Shown here in pieces: positions 55,180 to 64,000 of a stretch of 64,000 nt of DNA. The stretch is from contig OZ024742.1 in assembly GCA_964016885.1 (NCBI GenBank), forward strand, positions 357,368,001 to 357,432,000, written 5' to 3'. Numbering within the stretch: position 1 is the stretch's first letter; the number at the start of each line of letters is the position of its first letter. Under the pieces are notes generated by a model. It was not told the DNA's origin, did not search any database, and saw only the letters and a list, made by a program, of their open reading frames with translations. Made by a program: the position numbers and the translations under genes. The DNA is from Eledone cirrhosa (lineage: Eukaryota).

Positions 55180-58098
55180 AACGAGTAGGACCCCGACAGC
55201 TGAGCTGAAGCCGTTTCGACGGCTAATTCTAGACTAAATGAACATTTTTATCCTGGTATTTGAATAGCCGAGCTTCTCAGGGTGTAATTCCATATATGGT
55301 AAAAGTGATTGTCACAAGGATTCGTCAAAAGTTTGTTGTTGAGACATAATAATTCTATCATGGCAATTTGTGGAGGGAAGGGTAGCTGAACCTGCCAGTA
55401 GAAGAAAGAGGGAGAGGGGGTGGAAGAAACCCAGACGTGCGTTGATAGTGCCAACTACGGCAGGGCAGGAGGTCAAAGAAGATACTATGGGGGAGGAAGT
55501 CGAAACAATAAGTAAAACAATATGGGGTAAATATATAGAAAAATAGCGGGAGTGTTAAAAAACAATTAAGTGTCAAGAAAAAAACAATTTCTGGTTACTA
55601 TAACCTAAGGACAGCTATCAAGTCTCTCACTGGTACTGCTAGACTAAAGAAAGGTTTACTAGGTGGGACGGAATTATAATGAGACCCTTTTAAGAGGTAT
55701 AAGTAAACAACCGAATATATCTTACGGTAACGGGTCAACAAGTGGGGGGCCAAAATACTAAAGAAACTACCACGAAATAATAAATCAGAATCCCGAGACC
55801 AGTACGAAATAAAGGTTTCTACCCGGTTTCTATCAGGCTTATAAACCCAACGAAGTCCGACATAGGGAGAATCAGCAAAAAAATCCGAGACCGCGTGATA
55901 CCAAAAGTTAAGCAACACGCCAGACTTAGCCTATGGGTCAATACCCAGGAAGTGATCTCATGGTTCAGCACTATGGAGGAAGAACGAGACACTAAATTCA
56001 TCCAGTTTGACATAGAGAGTTACTATGCTTCAATCACCTTACCGCTTCCTTACGGCTGCCTTGGACTTCGCCGAAACACTTGTGCCCATCACCGACCAGG
56101 AAAGAAACATCATCCTCCACGCCAGGAAGATAGTCTTACTCTTCGACAACTCCAAATGGATAAAGAGAGCTCCCGACTCACCCTTCGACGTCAGCATGGG
56201 CGCGACGGATTCGGCCGAGGTCACAGATCTTATAGGATTATTCCTAATAGCCAAACTCACCGATTTGTTTCCTGCATTCGGCGGTGGATTGTACCGTGAT
56301 GATGGGCTCCTTACCCTTAAAGGGTACAACCCCAGTAGTACAGATCGGGTCCGTAAACAATTAATCAGCTTCTTCCGCGACTGCGGATTTAAAATAACCC
56401 TACAAACGTACCTGACCCGAGTTAACTTCCTGGATGTTACCCTTGACCTCGATAATGATCTGTACTACCCATACAGGAAACCTAACGACAACCTGCACTA
56501 CATCCACCGCCGGTCAAACCATCCTAGGAACATCACCAATAACCTGGTTAAAAACATCTCCCTCCGCATATCTCGTTTGTCAGCTAATGAGCAGATATTC
56601 GAGGAACATGCGCCTTACTACAACCAGCCCCTCAAGCGGAGTGGTTTCCGGGAGGAAATATCCTACTATCAAGCTTCCATTAGCGGAACCAGCAGGTGAC
56701 ACCGCCGCTCACGCAACGTAACATGGTTCAATCCTCCCCACAACGCAGAAGTGACAACTCCTATCGGGAAAATCTTCTTTAGGCTCATTGAAAAACACTT
56801 CCCACTACAACACCGCTACCACAACATAATTAACAAAAATACCATCAAACTCTCCTACAGCACCACACCAAACTTTGCACAAAACATCGTCTCTTCTAAC
56901 AACAAAAAACTCAACCCCCATGGAAGAAATAACCGAAATAGCAGTGGAGAGCCGACCAGGAGGTGCAACTGTACTGATGGATCCATTTTCCCCCTCAACA
57001 ACAGATGCAGAGATCTTAATGTGATCTACCAGTGCAACGTGAGGACGGACACCTCCAACAAAGCCTATATAGGATTAACCACATGTGACTTCAAGACCCG
57101 GTTATACCAACACAGACATACATTCCGAAACCCGGCCCAGCCTCACGCCACTACACTTTCGGGCCACATATGGGACCTCAAGGATAACAATATTACCTAT
57201 GATCTCACTTGGAGATTACTGTCCAGAGCCAACTCTTACACGGAGGACGCCGTCCGTGCAATTTATGCTCGGAGGAAACTTTACAACTGCTGTTCTCGAC
57301 GGACCAACTCCTAAACAAGAAAGATGAACTGGTAACTGCATGTAAACACCGATTGCGTAGGACTTACCTCGCCCTCAAACTCCATAATGACCCGGGGGGG
57401 GTAGACTAGGGCTATAACACCCCACTTGCCGATTTTGTATCGGGTAACCCCTGCTTGCAAAGGTAGACCTAATATCTTCTTCTATATCTTTTTATCACTG
57501 CCTCTAGATTTCCTTCTCCCCCCCATCCCTCCCTAATCCTTCCACCCCAGTCCTCTTTCTTTGTCGTCGTCCTTTTACTTTCTCGCCCACCCGAGGCAGC
57601 CCCTCGGTCCCTTGTAGCCTCAGTACCACCCCCATCCCCTAATCTATGATAGATTTGGCCGACTCCGCTTTTTATAGCAGATGTGTTAGACCCCGGATAC
57701 GAGCCTTCTTATACGATGGCCGCACTTTTTCCGTGCTTTCTATATTTCTTAGCGGTATCTTTGCTTAAATTTCTCGTATATCAGTATTTATTTATTTTTT
57801 ATTTATTTATTTATTTATTTATTATTATTTTGTGTGTGGGGGGGGGGGGGGGGAGGAATTCTGAATTAATTTTCCGTATCAAATTTTACATATACTTCGT
57901 ACGAGCATTTAAGTAGTTTGCACTAGAATTTGTGTAGCGTGGCGGCACCCTTAGAGATAGTATTAGTATTTTTTTCGGGATTCTGAATTATTATTTCGTA
58001 TTAGTTTATTTTTTTGCACTGGGTGGTTGCTGGCCTTGTGCCTGGGTAGAAACCTTTATTTCGTACTGGTCTCGGGACTCTGATTTATTATTTCGTGG
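55177..58098 (+). mobile_element. Penelope-like element family E: inverted pLTR 55177-55824, disrupted RT plus GIY-YIG about 55826-57409, 3' UTR
   Basis: FDIESYY, MGATDSAE, YRDD, NFLD, WFNPP, VIYQC...YIGLT, CKH; 55770-55824 is inverted to 58044-58098. Confidence 0.92.
55190..55285 (-). ncRNA. Degenerate hammerhead (family E)
   Basis: ACACC-CTGAGAA-stem II with large loop-GAAA-CGGCT...AGCTG-TC-GGGGT. Confidence 0.55.
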
Positions 58099-58569
58099 CA
58101 AAATACATTATATATACATCCATTTGTCACTACTTTAAAACAATAGCTTACGGTCTTCAAAATGCTTTTAATTAAGCATAAAGTGTATTGCAAAATACAT
58201 TATATATACATCCATATATATATTACTATTTCAGAGCTCCAATTCTAATTTTTAATTTCTGCCTGACCGACAACCGCTCTGCATAATCAGCTCCTGATTA
58301 TTTACTAGATTTCTCTAAGAATATAACATCATTGATCTCAGTAGACAGGTGGGGTAGTTGGCCTTGATAAGCTTCAACCAAAGCGAAACATGTGATGTCG
58401 GCTTATCTCCCCTGTTTGCTGAGATCAAAGTGAGTGAATTTGTCACTACATTAAAACAATAGCTTACGGTCTTCAAAATGCTTTTAATTAAGCATAAAGT
58501 GTATTGCAAAATACATTATATATACATCCATATATATATTGCTATTTCAGAGCTCCAATTCTAATTTTT
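58099..58569 (+). mobile_element. Retrozyme-like/pLTR tandem unit, period 316 nt
   Basis: 58122-58253 repeated at 58438-58569 around a hammerhead. Confidence 0.65.
58332..58428 (+). ncRNA. Hammerhead (U3-A8 variant) with long extended stem I
   Basis: GCC-TTGATAA-GCTT caacca AAGC-GAAA-CAT gtg ATG-TC-GGC; TTGATCTCAGTAGACAGG pairs with CCTGTTTGCTGAGATCAA. Confidence 0.82.
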
Positions 58570-58781
58570 GTATATATATATTTATATATATGAATATATA
58601 TATATACATACATACATACATATATATATATATATACATATATAAATACGTATATATATATACATATATATATACATATATATACATATATATATATACA
58701 TATAACGAAGGAAATGTGGTAAGGAACCAAGTGGACCATAACGCATCAAAGTACTCAATACTTAGGGTAGTAGAGTGGGTA

Positions 58782-58900
58782 ATAGGAACAAGTAAGACCC
58801 CGAAGGCTGAGCTCAAGCCGTTTCGACGGCTAATTCTGGACTGCAGAATTAGCCGTCGAAACGGCTTGAGCTCAGCCGCCGGGGTCTTACTTGTTCCTAT
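58782..58900. repeat. 57 bp-arm palindrome made of the hammerhead 3' half (family E-like pLTR, about 58703-58900)
   Basis: Arms 58782-58838 and 58844-58900; homologous to 55177-55231. Confidence 0.85.
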
Positions 58901-58904
58901 ATAA

Positions 58905-58935
<31 letters not shown>

Positions 58936-59021
58936 TGTATTTATATATATATACGTATATATATATATGTATATATATGTATATATATACGTATATATAT
59001 ATATGTATATATATGTATATA

Positions 59022-59067
<46 letters not shown>

Positions 59068-59223
59068 TATATACATATATATATACATATATATATATAC
59101 ATATATATACATATATATATATATACATATATATACATATATATATATACATATATATATATAAACATATACATATATATATATATATATATACATATAT
59201 ATATACATATATATATATATACA

Positions 59224-60262
59224 TATATTGTTATACTTTGGGAGGGTCATGTTGCCAATAAGAAACACACGCACCAGTTGCTTTCACTTCAATTTATTAT
59301 ATATTTATAAATTTATAAATTTACAAACTTATAAATTTCTGGTTGGTTGGTTGGTTCCACAACCAGATAGTTGTTTATATATAGTCATAGTCCTTTCGTA
59401 ACACACTCTGTGACCTCTTCAGTGACTGGGGATTCCTTTCTTCGTTTCTGTGCCTTTCCTTTCTTCTATCCTATGCCATTTTGTTTCTGTGTGTGTGTTG
59501 TGTGCTCAGTTTGCGCATGCGCCACATCCGGGTGTCTGTGTGTGTTTGTGTTCATTTATCTATTTGTTTATTTATTTATTTATTTATTGTTGGTTGGTTG
59601 TTTGTTCTATGTGTGTGTGTGTTTTTATTTTATCCTTAATTGTAAGTTGTGATGTTGCTGTTCCACTCATATTTTCTATTTAATTTTGGTTTTAATTCTT
59701 TTATGCTTACTGCCTCTGTAATTTGCCTAAACATTGCGTCTTTTCTGTGTGTGGATTCTATTTTTATTTCTATGCTCTCTAATCTACCCCTGTGTTCTAT
59801 CTTAGCATGTTGGTAGAGCCCAGATGATTCTTTATTATCTTGGAGGTCTCGCCAGTGTTCATTTATTCGTTCCCCTATACTACGAGCTGTCTCACCTATG
59901 TACACTATATTTTTGTTTCTACATTGTCCTTCAGTACATCTTATGCTATACACTACATTTCTAGTTTTACAGTTAATATGGGGGCTTAATTTACAGGTTA
60001 TACATTTCATATCTATACATGAGGGTCTTTGGAACGGGTATGTCTTGCTAATAAGTGTTTTTACGGAGGTACCAGGTCTTTCTACTATCTTAATATTGAG
60101 ATTATGTTTATTTAGGGCCCTTCTAAATTTGTAGGCTAGTTCGCCTCTAGGAGTTGTATTGATGAACATTACACTCTGGTATTTATTGCTATCATACCAT
60201 GAGTTTATTCTATTGGCCTTGTTCCTAGTTCTTTCTATTCTATTCCAAAATTTGCTCCTATA
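59224..60262 (-). mobile_element. Penelope family B second copy (GIY-YIG plus pLTR)
   Basis: ORF 59636-60271 is near-identical to the C-terminus of 12328-13536. Confidence 0.93.
59383..59427 (-). ncRNA. Hammerhead (family B)
   Basis: Same fold as 13836-13880 with two substitutions. Confidence 0.72.
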
Positions 60263-60338
60263 TATCAACATATGTTGATATGTTGATTTAAAACTGTACT
60301 ATCCACAAGTGTTTTTTAGCCTTCATATTATGTCCTCC

Positions 60339-60409
60339 TATTTTATCTGATGAAAACACAAATATTATTGCATGATGATGTTTGTTTTTGAAATGCGCAT
60401 AATAAAATA
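60339..60409 (+). ncRNA. Hammerhead, canonical core
   Basis: TATTTTAT-CTGATGA-long stem II-GAAA-TGCGCA-TA-ATAAAATA. Confidence 0.82.
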
Positions 60410-60465
60410 CATGGAACTCCTTTAACCATCTTTTGATCTTATATATTATATACATATATATATAC

Positions 60466-60512
<47 letters not shown>

Positions 60513-60567
60513 TATATACATATATATATATACATATATATATATATACATATATACATATACATAT

Positions 60568-61731
60568 AAAGGCGTAGGTAGAAACTCCATTTTATGTCCT
60601 AAATGCAAAGTATGGGTGCATAAAAGATGTAGTGGGATCACAGGTAGGCTAACTAAGAACATAGATTTTACATGTGGCCGGTGCTCTGGTGCAATAAGTA
60701 GCAGCAAGTGCCCACAAACTACTAGCTCTTTCAATTGCGCAGAGGGTTCTATAGAAATAGTGGACAGCTTCCGTTACCTGGGCGATAAAATCAGCAGTGG
60801 GGGAGGGTGCTCTGAAAGTACTGTAGCTAGAGTCAGAACTGGTTGGAAAAAGTTCAGAGAGCTTATACCACTATTAGCTGCTAAAGGGTTCTCACTAAAA
60901 ATGAAAGGCAGGTTGTACGATGCCTGCATACGAACAGCAATGCTGCATGGCAGTGAGACCTGGGCATTGTGTGCAGAGGATATACGCAGACTAGAGAGGA
61001 ACGAAGCTTGCATGCTCCGCTGGATGTGTAACAGTAATATACGTGAACGGCAAAGCATAAACGAACTAAGGAATAAATTAGAGATAAGAGGGATCAGATG
61101 TTGTTTACTCGAGAGAAGGCTACGTTGGTATGGACACGTGATGCGCATGAAAGTCGATAGCTGTATAACAAAGTGCAGGGCAATAAAGATAGACGGTAGT
61201 CACGGAATAGGCAGACCTAGAAAAACCTGGGACGAGCTGATAAACTCCGACATCACACACTTACACCTCTCCAAGACAATGTCACTGGACCGAGACCTTT
61301 GGCGGTACTCAGTAACAGAGAAGACCCGCCTTACCTAAATATATAGTAAAACCTACTCCAGCCAGTAGGCATCTCTAACAAATACACCCCGTCCCACCAC
61401 CCCCACCCGATCCACACCACCCCGTTCTATGTAAAGTTATGTTGGTGCCGCGCCATCGAGGCCGAAACAAATGAGATCGTGTAGGTGTCACGACAAAAAA
61501 ACACACAGTCCACGCTGTAATGTGGCCGTGTAGGCAACACGGTAAAAACCTCCCAGACCCACACTGTAAATGTGGTTGGTGTTAGGAAGGGCATCCAACT
61601 GTAGAAAACCTGCCAGACAGTCCTATGCGAGCAAGACAATCACTCTTGCCTCAAGTGGGACTACCCCCGTCCAAACCCATGCAAGCGTGGAACACGGACG
61701 TTAAACGCTGATGATGATGATGATGATGATG
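60568..61731 (+). mobile_element. RTE LINE 3' part (PHD family)
   Basis: Near-identical to the revcomp of 14687-15823. Confidence 0.93.
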
Positions 61732-62248
<517 letters not shown>

Positions 62249-62856
62249 CAATAAGTAGCAGTAAGTGCCCACGAAATAATAGCTCTTTCAATTGCGCAGA
62301 GGGTTCTATAGAAATAGTGGACAGTTTCCGTTACCTGGGTGATAAAATCAGCAGTGGGGTAGGGTGCTCTGAAAGTACAGTAGCTAGAGTCAGAACTGGT
62401 TGGAAAAAGTTCAGAGAGCTTATACCACTATTAGCTGCTAAAGGGTTCTCCCTAAAAATGAAAGGCAGGTTGTACGATGCCTGCATACGAACAGCAATCT
62501 TGCATGGCAGTGAGACCTGGGCATTGTGTGCAGAGGATATACGCAGACTAGAGAGGAACGAAGCTTGCATGCTCCGCTGGATGTGTAACAGTAATATACG
62601 TGAACGGCAAAGCATAAACGAACTAAGGAAAAAATTAGAAATAAGAGGGATCAGATGTTGTTTACTCGAGAGAAGACTACGTTGGTATGGACACGTGATG
62701 CGCATGAAAGTCGATAGCTGTATAACAAAGTGCAGGGCAATAAAGATAGACGGTAGCCACGGAATAGGCAGACCTAGAAAAACCTGGGACGAGCTGATAA
62801 ACTCCGACCTCACACACACCTCTCCAAGACAATGTCACTGGACCGAGACCTTTGGC
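62249..62856 (+). mobile_element. RTE LINE internal fragment (PHD family)
   Basis: Near-identical to 60691-61303. Confidence 0.92.
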
Positions 62857-63895
62857 CTCTTGGACGAGAATGCGAGCACTCCTCGTTGTTTCGACCGCGG
62901 ACGGCTAACATAACCCCATCGCCCCCCGTCCCCAACCCCCAAACGCAATCCAAAACTTCAGAGTTGGTACCATAAATGTAGGCACCCTAAAGGGTCGCGC
63001 TAACGAGGTTGTAGAAATGCTTGAACGTAAGGAGGTCGATGTTTGTTGTATTCAAGTGACCAGGTGGAGGGGTGGTTCTGCTAGGTTCATTGAGGGTAAA
63101 AAACGATGTTATAAGCTTTTCTGGGTGGGAAACGACGATGGGCTGGGTGGAGTAGGAATCATGGTAGCAGAAAAGTGGGCAGATAAGATAATAGACGTAA
63201 ATAGTGAACGACAGAATAATTAAAATACGACTTGTCCTCAATAGAACTACGGTGACAGTAATATCTGCGTACGCACCCCAATCCGGACTGCCCGGCACTA
63301 TAAAAGACAGATTCTATGAGACACTGATGCTAACTACCTCCCAAATATCCGACAGTGACTATATAATTATCGCAGGCGACCTAAATGGTCACGTTGGACA
63401 ACATTGTGACGGCTACGACGGAATCCATGGAGGCTATGGGTTCGGTACTAGAAATGAGGAAGGCTCCAGAATCCTGGAATTCTGTGATGCAAATAACCTA
63501 ACTATCTGTAACACTAACTTCAAAAAACGTGACAATCACCTGATCACCTATAGATCCGGGGAACACACAAGCCAGGTAGATTATATCCTTACCAGAAGAC
63601 GTGACAGAGTGTCTGTTGTAAACACTAAATCCCTCCCCCATGAAGAATGCACCTCCCAACATAGACTGATAATTAGCGACCTCATAGTCAGGACGAGACG
63701 TACTCGACAGCAGAAGAGGACTATCCTCAGGAGAAAAATATGGAAGCTAAAGGAGCCCACAGTCAGGAATAAATTTCAAAGCATATTACTTGATGCTTTC
63801 GACAGTAAGGAAGAACATTTAGAGTCGGACAATATAGAGGGAGAGTGGGAATTTCTGAAAGCAAACCTGCTGTTGGCGACAGACGAAGTCTGTGG

Positions 63896-63897
<2 letters not shown>
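62857..63897 (+). mobile_element. RTE LINE 5' part: apurinic endonuclease domain (frameshift near 63205)
   Basis: GTINVGTL, CCIQ, GVGI, SAYAPQ, AGDLNGHVG, QVDYIL, SQHRL. Confidence 0.92.
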
Positions 63898-63939
<42 letters not shown>

Positions 63940-64000
63940 ATATATATAACAATTAAATGTAGATAAAATGGGGTTATTTCACTAGAATTGAGTTATTGCA

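Overview
Eukaryotic, AT-rich, repeat-saturated DNA. The SINE/LINE families and (TA)n/(CA)n load point to a coleoid cephalopod such as Octopus (inference). I found no convincing host protein-coding gene; nearly all listed ORFs are microsatellite or antisense artefacts. The window holds two dense retroelement nests (about 0.2-24 kb and 53.9-64 kb). These are dominated by 5'-truncated Penelope-like elements (PLEs, RT plus GIY-YIG) with inverted pseudo-LTRs that form palindromes up to 7.5 kb. Also present: RTE LINEs (one family with a PHD finger inside the RT, one with three C-terminal zinc fingers), a Helitron, a CRE-like RLE fragment, a decayed Gypsy pol, many tRNA-SINEs, MITEs and a 10.3 kb satellite with a 27-bp unit. 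The most notable layer is not in the ORF track: about 17 type I hammerhead ribozyme motifs from about 8 sequence families, read by eye. They include U3-A8 compensatory core variants, U4C variants, palindromic dimer-type stem IIIs and a 316-nt retrozyme-like unit. A possible spliced minus-strand host transcript with a CCAAT promoter and a duplicated 40-nt exon lies at 33-37 kb. All coordinates and folds were read manually and are approximate; no database searches were run.
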